From: Nemertoderma westbladi
Taxonomy: Eukaryota; Animalia; Xenacoelomorpha
Direction: 5' to 3'
NCBI GenBank assembly: GCA_032718475.1
Contig: JAUCBJ010005463.1
Span: forward strand, 6,875-70,874
Length of the DNA: 64,000 bases
Below the pieces are notes generated by a model. The model had not been told where the DNA came from and made no database searches. It worked only from the letters and a program-made list of their open reading frames with translations. Made by a program: the position numbers and the translations under genes. Below, one piece after another: positions 36,664 through 48,361 of the stretch (positions are counted from its first letter, which is position 1; each line of letters opens with the position of its first letter).

Positions 36664-37658
36664 ATGTCCTTCTGGGCTCCTCCCCGAGGCGCACCCATGA
36701 GGCGGACGCTTTTCCACTACCCTTGGGGCCAGTCCGACTCCGTTTTTATCAGACCGGGCCGGAGGGTAGCCCGATGCTTCCCGGGTTCAATTTTCAATCC
36801 CCCGATCACACAGGCACAGCTCGTCGTGTGTAGCCGAAGAATAGATGTTCGCCTACTGTCAACTTACTGTGGCCTGGCTGTACATTGAGCCAACTCAGAG
36901 AGTCAACCGGCGGGTGGACCAGTCGATAGCAATCGAGTATCAAGGTCGCCCTTGAGCCAAACCGACGGTCTTGTCCCATGTGGGCTTGCACTACCCAACA
37001 TGGAATATTGACACGTTTTCACCCGCCTCGCCGGCAGTATTGAGGGGAAGTCGGTTCCGCCAACAATACTGACTAGCTTAAAAGCTAAGAACAAGTCACC
37101 ACTTACTAGTCACTGTACACGTGTACTCAATAGATGCTCACGAAATCAAGTACACAACGGTAAACACAAAATCGGACACATACTATGCACACACAGAAGA
37201 CATAATCGGGAAAGACAAAATTGGGGTCAAAATCAGAGGGGACAAAATTGTATCGACTGATAAAAGAGTCGAGAGTACCTTATTTTGCCGTCAGGGCAAA
37301 ATAACTTTGTGTGCACAAAGTATGCTGGGGCGCAGTAAAGATATGGTCCTACTAATAACCGGCGGCGACTGAACCAACCGGCAAGGTTTCCCACACTCAC
37401 TCGCAGTGGCCACACTCACGTCCACACACAAACCACAGATCACACTAAGCCACCACCCCTACTGTGTACAGGACTAGCAGTACGGCAACAGGCCGACTAT
37501 ACGGTACCACGGCACCATGTTGATTCATGGTTCGCAAGACACGAGGGCCTTCAGTAACTCCCCTGCACTATATAGAGTATTTAAAGTGCCCCCAGACCCT
37601 CACGAGTCCGCCGCCGCCTGTTCGCGACACCCCTATAGAGACCTCACCTCTTTGGGAA
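36664..37658. mobile_element. Unclassified ~1-kb insertion interrupting gag of B
   Basis: Absent from A at SIALERDKLV. Flanked by TCGCTT at 36658-36663 and 37659-37664 (possible TSD). No TG..CA ends, TIRs or convincing ORF. Confidence 0.75.
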
Positions 37659-39685
37659 TCGCTTTCTAACACGATACTCTGCTGCACTTCTTGCAACTCT
37701 AACCTACTTTCCCTTACTGTGCCCTTGAACTGTTGAACAGTCTCCTGCATCTGCCCGAGCAGGAGATCCATCCCCCGCCGTCTCTCATCCACCCACTCGA
37801 CCGCCGAAGCGGGAGCCGCCAACATAGTAGCGGGTGGACGAGGGATAACGGGCGACAAATCATTGATATTTCGCTCGGAGTCCAGGACAGGAACTGTCTC
37901 AGGGGCTGTTCTGCTGGGCACAGGTAGTTTAGTGCTGTGCAAAGGGAATTTAGAGGTAGGTTCTGGGAGTACAGGTGTCTCTATCACCGAAGGGGTGGCT
38001 TCAAGAACAGGCCTAATTATTTCAGGCTCATCTACTATAGTAGGGAGTCTTTCTATTCTAATAATTTGGTCTGTGGGTTCTGTACTACCTAAGTCTGTGC
38101 TAGCTAGTTGCCTTCTAACAGCTGGGGGCAAATCAGGCAATTTCTGACGTTGGGGCATTCTTCTACGCCTGCTTAGAAGAGATCTATTTCCTCCGCCTTC
38201 AGGATCGGTGGTATCGCCTTCATCAGATGATGTAAATCCCTGCCTTTTGGGAGTAGATCGACTTATCATCTGCATTTGACTAGCTGTTAACTGTTTATTT
38301 ATGCAGTCTTGCTTTTCTTGAAGATTTTCCAACTCTAGTTGGGCGGTCTCTTCAGACGCTCTCCGTTCTGCTTCTGCCACTGCCTCTGCCGCTTTTCTTT
38401 CCGCTTCTGCCGCTGCCACTGCCGCTTTTCTTTCCGCTTCGGCCGCTGCCACTGCCGCTGCCACTGCCGCTTTTCTTTCAACTTCTGCCGCTGCCGCTGC
38501 TGCTGTCTTTCTGTCTTCTATACGTTTTTTCTTTACCTGTTCTTCTTGGACTCTAGCGATGCGGATGCGTTCATCAAATTTAGCTTGGTTTGCAGCTAAC
38601 ATTTCCGCATCTATTGCGTCCAACACAAGCTTGGCTCCTTCACTATTAGAGCGAAGTCCAGCCAGCCGTCTCCTCAACTCTTCATCACCTAGAAATCGTT
38701 GATAGTCTGACAGATAGATGTCAATAGCGTCCCTCTTCTGCGGTTTCTCTGCTGTCGCTTCGCTTTCCACTTGAGAAAAGGTAGCGTCTGTTGATTCTCC
38801 ATGGGTTGAGTGCTCAGCCAGCTGAGATTTCCACTGGGCTGTTCCTTGAACCTTGAGACCCACCCGCTGGAACCAAGTCTTTACGGCAACTTGCAACGAC
38901 GTGTCTTGTCTTCTTTTCGAAGCTTCCTCAAAGGCCGATAGGATTAGTCTGATTCTTAGAATTCTTTCTCTAACTTGATAAAGCAGCTCTCCCTGCTCTT
39001 GAGGTCCTTGGGGTTGTTGAAACAGTTGTTCCTCTAATCGCTCCAAAGAGATGAAGAATCCCTGTACGTATCCTGCTGCCGACCTCTTCCATACAGCTGG
39101 ATCACCAGTATCCTTTGTCACTCCCATCCTGTATAAGTCTTCCCAGGCAGCTTCCGATAAGTTAAACGGGAGTCCGGGTCCAGGGAAGTTCCATTGCGAC
39201 TCGACAATAGACTTCAGTTCCTCCCTTGTGTATCCCGCATAACTGTCCTTGGTCGATCGCTTACTTCTCGCCCAATCAATTTGGTGTTCCTCCACCGCAA
39301 TCAATACCCTAGTGAGTACGGCTGCAGGAAGAATGAGAAGGGGATCCGAATAAACCGCATCTGCCATCTTTGCTCCGCGCTCGGGTGTCAGCTCTACAGT
39401 ATCCGAACTACTGGAGCTATCGGTCCGCTGAGAAATAAGTTCTCGGCTAGGGTGTTGCTGCTGTTTGACAGCTGCTTCTTGATCCCGCTTGACTTGAGCC
39501 CGAGTGCCTATGATAGACCTACGGTGTTTGACTAGCCTAGGGTCTGATACTACTACTGGAGGGGTGATCTTTCTTACAGTAGGAGGTGAGTTGAACTTCG
39601 GTCTCAAACGTTCCACACTCCTATCTGGATCACAGATGGTTGTATCTAGGAGACTGTCTGACAGGTTTTGCTTTGTGTCAGACAT
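37659..39685 (-). CDS. Element B Gag N-terminal half
   Basis: ORF 37568-39685 is homologous to the N-terminal part of 16-4044 (Ala/Glu coiled-coil region). Its last ~30 codons read into the insertion. Confidence 0.88.
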
Positions 39686-41603
39686 GTTTGTTTGTACAGT
39701 TGGATGCCTACTGCTAGAACTACCATTAAAGCAAGTCTAGTAATTCAGTATCAACTATAAGCCTAGTAATTAATTACCGATATCGTTACTCAGTGTAACG
39801 TGATATATATACACAATATATTAGAATACCGGTATACACTTATAGTATATAGATAAGTATTATTACAGACTAGGTTTGTCACAGAATACCGGTATATAAA
39901 TTTCAGCACTAATATATATAAATATATAATAAGCCTATCGTGAATACCGGTATACAGCCTACACTTATAGTATATATAAATATAAGTATAATTATAGACT
40001 AGAATTAATTACAGAATACCGGTATATAATTTCAGCTCAAATTTATAGAAATAAATATAATAAGCCTATTGTAAATACCGGTATGTCAATTATTTTAGAA
40101 TAATTGAATTTCTGAATTTTAGGGTTACTCAGTTACCCCACTTTACCTTATTACCGCTATCCAAGCAGTAGTTCAACTGATATTAAGGCCCAATTGATGT
40201 ATGACAGGCCCACCGCTTTATAAATCGGTTTGAGTTGATTTATAATATATATACCCGTTTAATGGGTTTTGTTACAATATTTGAAATAAATGTTATTATT
40301 TCTGAGAAGGAGTCACTACACAGAAGCTGTACGCTCTCAGTGAAGTGCTACTTGTTGGACACTAAAACAAATAATTCTACTTGCCTAAGTTACTTATTAC
40401 TACAAATTACGTACAATTACGGGGTGAGATTACAATCTCTAAATAAACACAAAAATTACACGTACGAATTTTTAGGGTTAATTTTACAAGAAATCTACAA
40501 ACCAGCCTAACAAGGGGTTAGAATTTCTGGTTATTACAAACGGACAGGATACTACGGTATTTGAAAATAACAAAGCAGTAGTAAATATATTGCGTTATCT
40601 AGATAGGAAAATACCACCCTCTGACGACTTATAGCCGTAGCGCTATAAGTACTACGTTATGTACATGGAGTGTTCCTACCTAGAAGTTAATTACCGCAGC
40701 CTACTATAGCTAACGTGCCTATTAACCACTTTACAACACGAATATACTGCCTACACACTAATTACCTTCGGAAAGCACTGTACACTAAACCCTAAATTAG
40801 GTACAAGTACTTATACAACAAATAACCAGCAGTTAAAAATACTTGTACAGCTAAAAGAACCACGTTATCTGCCGGAGTGACCAGAGCATAAAATCACCAG
40901 TCTTTACCTATGCCGAACAGCCCTGATGTAGTACCGGGGTTAATTTAACTATAACGGTATGTATAACAAGCACAATTACTGTAGGAATAAACTTGGGGGT
41001 GTGAATGTTGGGAATAATCGCATAAACTCTGAATAATAAATATTACGCTACCCGTACAGACTACACAAACAAAATACAGACCAAACGCTGGCAGACTACT
41101 ATCAAGCCTAAATAAACTACAGTATATGCAGACTCCGAAATGGTTAGTTAGTATGCGTTCTAACCGAGTAGTACGACTTATTCTTTCGGGGGGGATTTAC
41201 CTTACAGCACTGGATGCCCCCACGTTCCTAACTAGTACTTTATCGGACATACACTCTATACACACTGCAATCTCTTCAGACCTGACAACAGACAGACAAC
41301 AATCCAGCCTACAAATTATCTGTACAATCTGAGCAGGCTTACACGCCTTCTGCTCAATATTATCTTACAAATAAATAAAACTGACAGAAATAAGTAAAAT
41401 CCCAATAAAAAACCAGGGCGGCCATCCCTGATTAAATATCAAGACCTACCGGTATATAATTATCAAAATCGAATAATACTGATGTACCTGTACTGCTGTA
41501 AGTACCGGTTCGAGTGGTTAGGTAGTTAGGCCTACTGGTTACCGGTCGACCGGTACTTTTACCTTTATTGCCTACGTTGCAATAAAGAAATTATAACTGT
41601 TAT

Positions 41604-42774
41604 TGTTTGCGCTTTTAGACCTTTAGCAATTTAACCTGCCAAATTTAGGTGTCTTCTAGGTTATAAATCGACTTTAGCCTATAACAAGTATTTGATACAC
41701 ATAAAGTTACATTAGCCGAAGCCAGCCTATGCGCGATCATTCACCCACGGTTAAGGGAGACTGGATTCGGATGCTCTGACCTTATTGTGGTGTAGACCTA
41801 CTGTATTATTCGATTGATCGTTACTATAATATCTCTGACAAATATTATTCACTTTCGGGAAATATTAACAGTTCCTTTAGGACGTGGCGCTCTAAGTATG
41901 TAAACAGAGTTATGACTTACACTAGACACAACGGGATGGCTATTGATTTTCATATAAGGCGCATTCTTTAGGAAATGCTTTGTTATCTATCACACTCATG
42001 CACAATACCGCACACTGCTGCACACTGATCTGCCGACCTTCACTAATTTTAATCATATATAAGGAGAACTGCAACTGACACATGTAGGGTCTATGAAATA
42101 GCATTCAATTCACTCCAAAACCACTATAATGTGAGTCGCAATTGCTATATGTAACCGGTCTCTCTAACCTTCAGTATATCAAGAAGATTGGGGTTTTCTG
42201 ATTATTCATCGATATTCTCCAAATATAACAACATTTCATCAAATGATAACACTTAATAACCGACAGTAAATAGCAGTAAAATAATGCGGTGAAAGGTCTT
42301 AATGCATTGAATTATGTCGTGATGTACTGATAACAGTTATACGTTTCTATGATCAAAGCCGTTCTAATGTTTGGCTAAAGTCTGAAACACAGAATAATTC
42401 CAGAGCCGATGTTCTGGGCTCAGGAAAAAGGTAAACAAAGACCATAATGCATTGCGCGATTTCCCGGAGGCTTCTGTGCAAATAAAATGAAAATCGCTCT
42501 GATTGGTCGAGCCGAACAAAGAACAAAGAAAAGCTCTATGTGGACATATCAGCTGATAGATGTCGTCATCTGAACTACACTGTATCAAGAGTATTTTGTC
42601 GTATTGCGGCATAAAATCGCTAGTTATGTCCGCTAAAGTACACATACAGAAAAATGGCTTTTTATGTCCACTAAAACACCTACACAGTAAGAAAACAGCT
42701 TTTTATGTCCGCTAAAACACCTACAGAGTACTTTGCGGGAAAAATGACTAGCTAGATCCGCAAAAGCCTTTACA
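41604..42774 (-). repeat. 5' LTR of element B
   Basis: Direct repeat of 20020-21192; followed by TSD ATCGT. Confidence 0.95.
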
Positions 42775-43688
42775 ATCGTTACTATATAATCTCTGACAAA
42801 TATATTTACTTTCGGGGAAATATTAACAGTTCCTTTAGGACGTGGCGCTTTAAGTATAAAAACAGAGTTATGACTTATACTAATCACAACTAGATGGCTA
42901 CTGAGTTTCGTAAATAGCGCATTCTTTAGGAGATGCTTTATTATCTGTTACACAACTTCACACGGCTTCGCACTACTTCACACTAATGCACACTGATCTG
43001 CCGACCGTCACTGAATTTGATCATATATAAGGAAGATCGCAACTGACACTTGTAGGGATTATGAAATAGCATTTAATTCCCACAAAACCACTATAATTTA
43101 AGTCGCAGTTGCTACCGGTAACCTGTTCCTCTCACCTTCAGTAATCAAGAAGATTGGGGGTTTTATGATTATTCATCGGTATTCTCCAAATATATCAGCA
43201 ATATATATCCATATAACAACAATTAATAACAGACCGTAAACAGAAGTAAAATAATGCGGTGAACAGTCAGTCAGGATTAAGTAGTAATCCAGGAAATAGT
43301 ATAACTCAGTGGTGATAGATTTACGTTCTTATCATCAAAGCCATCAGATTTCTAGGCCAAAGTCTGAAACTTCCAAAATCAGAAGTACAGAAGATTTCCA
43401 AGCCGGTTCTTAGGCTCAGAAAGGTAAAACAAAAACCGTAATGCATTGCGCGGTTTTCCATAGGCCCCTGTTCAACATAAAGTGAAAATCGCTCTGATTG
43501 GCTGACTAGGCAGGACAAAGAAAAGTTCCACGTATACAGGAACTCAGCTGACAGATTTCGTCATCTGAGCTCCAGTCTTTTAGAGTATTATGCGCATTGC
43601 GGCAAAAATGACTTGTTATGTCCGCTAAAGCACCTACACTGCGCATTGCGGGGAAAAATGACTTGTTATGTCCGCAAAAGCTTTTACA
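42775..43688 (-). repeat. Older solo LTR of the A/B family, right piece
   Basis: Continues the LTR alignment exactly from the point broken at 20014-20019; ends CTTTTACA followed by TSD AGTTT (43689-43693). Confidence 0.88.
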
Positions 43689-43693
43689 AGTTT

Positions 43694-45050
43694 TGACCTG
43701 GGAATATCCTTTGTAACCAAGGAAACCCCCAAGTGAGATGACTGGGTAAATATAACCCTGGTACAACGGCACATGGATAAGGTTTCACGTGGAATGATAG
43801 CCCAGCATGGTTTGTGTTGTTTATACAGTAGTTTGTAAGATGTTTAAATATGAAAACCTTGGCGACAACTGGGGTGAACAAAACACTCAATCTACTGTAC
43901 TTGGGACACCCAACGTTTCCCTTGCCTAAAAGTGAGACTAAGATCGAAATTGCTGTCTGGTAAGTTGGCATGATTAACTTGTACAGTATTAATCTCTGTA
44001 AATGGCATAATTGTTTTAATTCCCGCCCATTAGCATTCTGGGTTTGTCAACATTTTGTGAGTATGTAATAGTCATACAGTCCACAAGATTGTCAGTAAAC
44101 GAGTTTAAATCTGGTATCCTAGCATTACATTATCCAAATTGACAATCTTTGTACACATGACACTGTGCATTAATGTTGGAAAATGCATCCAGTGTGAAAA
44201 ACAGTGATTCAGATGGGGTAATATATAAAGCTCCGAATCGGATGTCTTTATTAAAAAACCATACCTGGTCTTTATATAGTGTAATATTGCATGTTGCCTC
44301 CCACAGAGAGTATCGGATAAAGAAAGCAACACCACCGCGGCGTGATTCTCCATGGACACGTACACTACGAATAAATACATAACCTGGTAGACCTACTTTG
44401 TGCTGCGTTTTTAGTTCAGAAATTGTTACTATATCGTACAGTATTTATACAGTAATTCACTAAAAATGGGTGATTCAAGTTTTCCCCCAATACCATTAAT
44501 GTTTAAGGACAATATAGAGAGAGAGCTTTCCACCCCAGTTTTTAGAAAAACTGTGGGTAATACTTGTCTACGATTTGGCCATCAACAAGTAAACTCCTCA
44601 CCTTCCAGCCTATTCGAACTTCCTTATCCCTTGGTTGTCTGGGTTTGATTTCTCTGATTTGTGGGACTCAAACAATCGCAATCTCTCTGTTCGGACATCA
44701 GGATGAGTATCTCAGCGAATGAACATCTTTTCGAATTATTTTCCGGCTGATTTGAGACCTTTAGACTTCGCGATTACCTCGTTAACTTTATATCTGGTGT
44801 TTAATACAACTAATAGGGGCCTGTTGTTGCCTAGATTTTCTTTACCAAGACGCCTTGGTAATCATCACGCTGCCCTGTAACAACATTCTGCGGATTCAAG
44901 GCGTTTAACACGGCAGTGACTACAAGACTACATGTGAAACAAATTGATACGGTGAACCTCTGATCATCATCTGGTACTTCTATACACTTTCTAATAATAT
45001 CATTGTACCTAAAAAGAATATTAGTAAAACATTCTAACATTCAATAATAT
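43694..45050 (-). pseudogene. Old LINE ORF1 C-terminus and ORF2 AP-endonuclease fragment
   Basis: Minus-strand frames give RPLLVVLN..KMFIR*DTHPDVRTERLRL (ORF1-like), YDIVTISELKT, GGVAFFIR and FGALYITP (APE-like). Many stops and frameshifts. Confidence 0.65.
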
Positions 45051-45177
45051 CATCTGGGGCGAATGGACTTGAAGGTGGGGCGAATCGGTCAACAGTCCAT
45101 AAGTCGATTTGCCCCAGGTCCATACGCCCCTAAAATGTGTGGCGAATCGACTTGGGACTCTTGAATAGACTATACCG

Positions 45178-45428
45178 CAATTAATTAATTAACTAATTAA
45201 CTGCTTTTATCTCAGCTTCTCGAAGGCCACAGGCAAATTCAACTTGGAAAATTTCTAAACTTTTGCCAAAAACATGTGTGCCAAGTTTGGATAGATTTCA
45301 TCGAGGATTGGCCGTGTTATTAACGTTTAAAATTTAACACTGCAAAAAAACAGCGACAGATCAACAGAACGACAGGTTGATTAACGGTACCAATACGCTA
45401 AGGCTTGCTTACTTCGTGGCTCGCCCCA
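45178..45428 (-). repeat. Interspersed repeat (Helitron/Helentron-derived-like); inverted copy at ~49367-49600
   Basis: Shared blocks GTGGGGCGAGC..CGAAGTAAGC..TTAGC, AAACTTGG.ACACATG and TTTTCCAAGTTGAATTT..GTGGCCTTCGAGAAGCT. Confidence 0.65.
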
Positions 45429-45492
45429 CATATACGTGTGTTCGTGTGTGTGTGTGTGTAACAACTACTGAACTACACAAGATTTGTGAACC

Positions 45493-46244
45493 GGTACGTA
45501 CGTACTAAAAGGTAGAACGATCTATAACGGGCTATAACGATCTATAACGGGCTATAACTTCCTATAACAAGCTATAACTTCCTATAACAAGCTATAACCA
45601 CCTATAACGAGCTATAATAGGAAAATTTACAATAAAAAAACATATTTTAGAATGGATTTATTTTCCTAGTCAGTAATTTAATTACGCAGTTTGGTTTTTT
45701 AGTCCATAATGCTTTTCATCTTTGTGGTATCACGAAATCAGTCATTACTGCATTAGTCAGCATGCCACTAGTGTATTATCTGACTATCAGACAGTGCAGC
45801 GCGGCAGTGGAGAGGTCTCCCATCTCTCTGTCTATCCTCCATCCTGCTATCCTAGTATCCGCTGTCAGCTTCTGGTCGATATAGAATAGGGCCTACCAGG
45901 ACCATAGTTAGCAATAGTAATCAATATATTATTCATATTCACATTCATATATTCATATTCACATTAATATTCAATATAGGCCAATAAAAAAAACTTACCA
46001 GCATCAATTAGGCATACTGGCATAGGCAGATAGCAGATAGGCCTATTACCTTAATTTTTAACCTGCGGTATTTTTCAGACCACCGTGTTAATCCAAAAGT
46101 TAAACACACCCAAAGGGCGTTTTTTTAATGTAAATTTTAATATTATAGCTCGTTATAGGTGGTTATAGCTTGTTTATAGGAAGTTATAGCCCGTTATAGA
46201 TCGTTATAGCCCGTTATAGATCGTTCTACCTTTTAGTACGTACC
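45493..46244. mobile_element. Mutator-like non-autonomous element (MITE), 752 bp
   Basis: ~130-bp TIRs (GGTACGTACTAAAAGGTAGAACGATCTATAAC.. with CTATAAC subrepeats); perfect 9-bp TSD TTGTGAACC at 45484-45492 and 46245-46253. Confidence 0.9.
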
Positions 46245-46592
46245 TTGTGAACCAGGCTTTACTGTCAGACTGCAGGACTGTGTTACAAGTTTATTTGGCG
46301 GTACCGGTACGTCCGTCTTTACTCCTCTCCTGTACTCCAGTAATCAATACTGCAATAGTCAGATAGTCCAGTAGGCAGGTAGGCCTACGTTGTTGTTGTA
46401 TGGTTGTTATTTTTTCTATTTATGTTGTGGTTGTGCTGTCAGGCAGTCAGGCTGTCCCGCTGTGTGTGTGTAGAGTGCAGATGCAGTTACTTTCAGACTT
46501 AGCAGCTTAGGCAGTTCAGCAGTTAGGCTCTTGCTGTCTTGCTCTTACAGTCTTAGCCACTTACTGGCTTAGGTCTACAGACTGGCAGAGTT

Positions 46593-46657
46593 ATGGCAAA
46601 CAATGAAGTTTGGCTAAGATGTGGCTCATGGCTCAGATCATGCAATATTACCACAAG
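46593..46657 (+). CDS. vav: Vav guanine nucleotide exchange factor, coding exon 1
   Basis: MANNEVWLRCGSWLRSCNITT resembles the Vav N-terminus (W..C..WL..C); donor GTAAGT; phase 2 joins exon 2 in frame. Confidence 0.8.
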
Positions 46658-48186
46658 GTAAGTCTCTGTCTGTCAGTCTGTATGCAGGTATGTCTGTAGA
46701 ATCAGAGAATAGTACTGTAGTAGTACAGTAGTAAGTACTGAAGTACGGTAGCGTATCGGTCTGTCGGTCAATCAGTCAATCTCTTCATTGCTACAATGTG
46801 TGGCTATGGCTAAGTCCTAACAGCCTAAGTAACATTCTGGCAGTCATGTCCTGCAGTCCTGTACGTACACTGTCTGACTGTAGTCAGTCAATAATAATGT
46901 TATACGGGAACCAGTTGTGAGGTGAGGGAGCAACTTGACGATGGCGTTGAGTAAATTAGAGTTTGAGTGACTCTGTTCACCATCATCTGTGGGACGACTC
47001 AGACTCACTGACTGAGAGGATCCCGTACCAAAGTGGCACAGTTAGACAGTGGGCTGGGGAGTGGATTTAGGACGGTGCGGGGCTACAGAGTGGCAGAGTG
47101 GGGTGGGGATTGTGGGCAGTGCGGGGCTACCATCTGCCAATTTATTTCGGAAGTTGATTCAGTGAGTCTACGATTTCAATTCTCCGCGATGTTTCTAAGG
47201 AAGGTGTTTTCCTTGATTGGTTCACCAATTTGCACCAATTGGATTTACGAGTTTGATTCTCAGCCAGTCAGCGGAGGATGAAGGAAAAGCTCTTAGAGTA
47301 AAAATAGGGTTAATTTAAAAGAAAATAATTAAGAACTTTTAAACCAATTTAATTATAGCTACAATTTCTCAATTATTTATAATCCACTATGTACTCATGT
47401 CATGAGATAAATATAAGGATCCCCGTATAATAATACGGTGAATACGGTGCTTTTATTTGATATAATAAAATAGCCTCGAGTTGTTGCATGACCATGCAAC
47501 TTTCGAACGCTTATACCTCAGCTGTTTTTCAACTAATTTAATTCGCCGTCACCCTCCCCACAACAATTCATTTATAATTAATTTAAGATTGTGTTATATA
47601 TTTGGAATCTTTGCATGACCAGCTTCCTAACAGTAACAGTATCAACAAATCACTGTAAGGTTGAAGAGTGATTACGGTGTAACTGGTGCAACATCGGTGG
47701 ATGCACCTTTTTTTAACGCTTACAATGAATAAATCTTAAGCTTAACGATGATACAAACTTTCTGACTCACCTACTAGCTACTAAGGGGGGGGGGGGGGGA
47801 CTGGGACAGGGACATGGAACTATATCTGTTTCAAATTTCATGCAATCTCATTAAGATTTGTAGAAAAGGATTTGTAGTAGAAAAATTTGGGGGAGGGGGG
47901 GGGGGGGGGGTGTACAGACAGATGATGTATCTGTATATAATATACCATGACATGGTTTACGCCGGTAAGTTTAATTGAACTGTGTAATGGGAGGTAGTTT
48001 TTGTTATTAGCGGTGCCTTTGGTTCTGTATCTGTATACAAAACAGTCATTGTTCATTCGTTGGCATTGTACAACAGTCATTGTTTTAGGGACTATCACTT
48101 ACGGACTTAAACGAATATTGTATGTACTGGAATGTTTATTTAGAGTATAAAATCCATTAAATATTATTAATTTTATTATTTTTCAG

Positions 48187-48361
48187 GGATGACTGGAAAG
48201 CGAAAGGCGCATTTGGATTGGCGCAAGATCTCCGTGATGGTGTGTTACTATGCCAACTGCTGAACCTTCTGTCGCCCAGCAGTGTAGACGTCAGGAGTTA
48301 TCATATTAGCCCCAGAATGTCTCAGTTTCTTTGTCTGAAAAATATAAAGGCCTTTTTGCGC
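48187..48361 (+). CDS. vav: Vav coding exon 2 (calponin-homology domain)
   Basis: TTTCAG acceptor; [33 protein letters not shown]; donor GTTAGT. Confidence 0.92.

Larger units (their letters stand above)
20020..42774 (-). mobile_element. Full-length but disabled BEL/Pao LTR retrotransposon B
   Basis: LTRs 20020-21192 and 41604-42774 (roughly 17 differences by eye); TG..CA ends; 5-bp TSD ATCGT at 20015-20019 and 42775-42779; domain order Gag-PR-RT-RH-IN. Confidence 0.95.

Noticed and set aside
40621-40655. Hammerhead ribozyme (CTGACGA followed by the hairpin CTTATAGC..GCTATAAG)
   Set aside because: The required GAAA after stem II is missing (TAC instead); only a hairpin can be supported.
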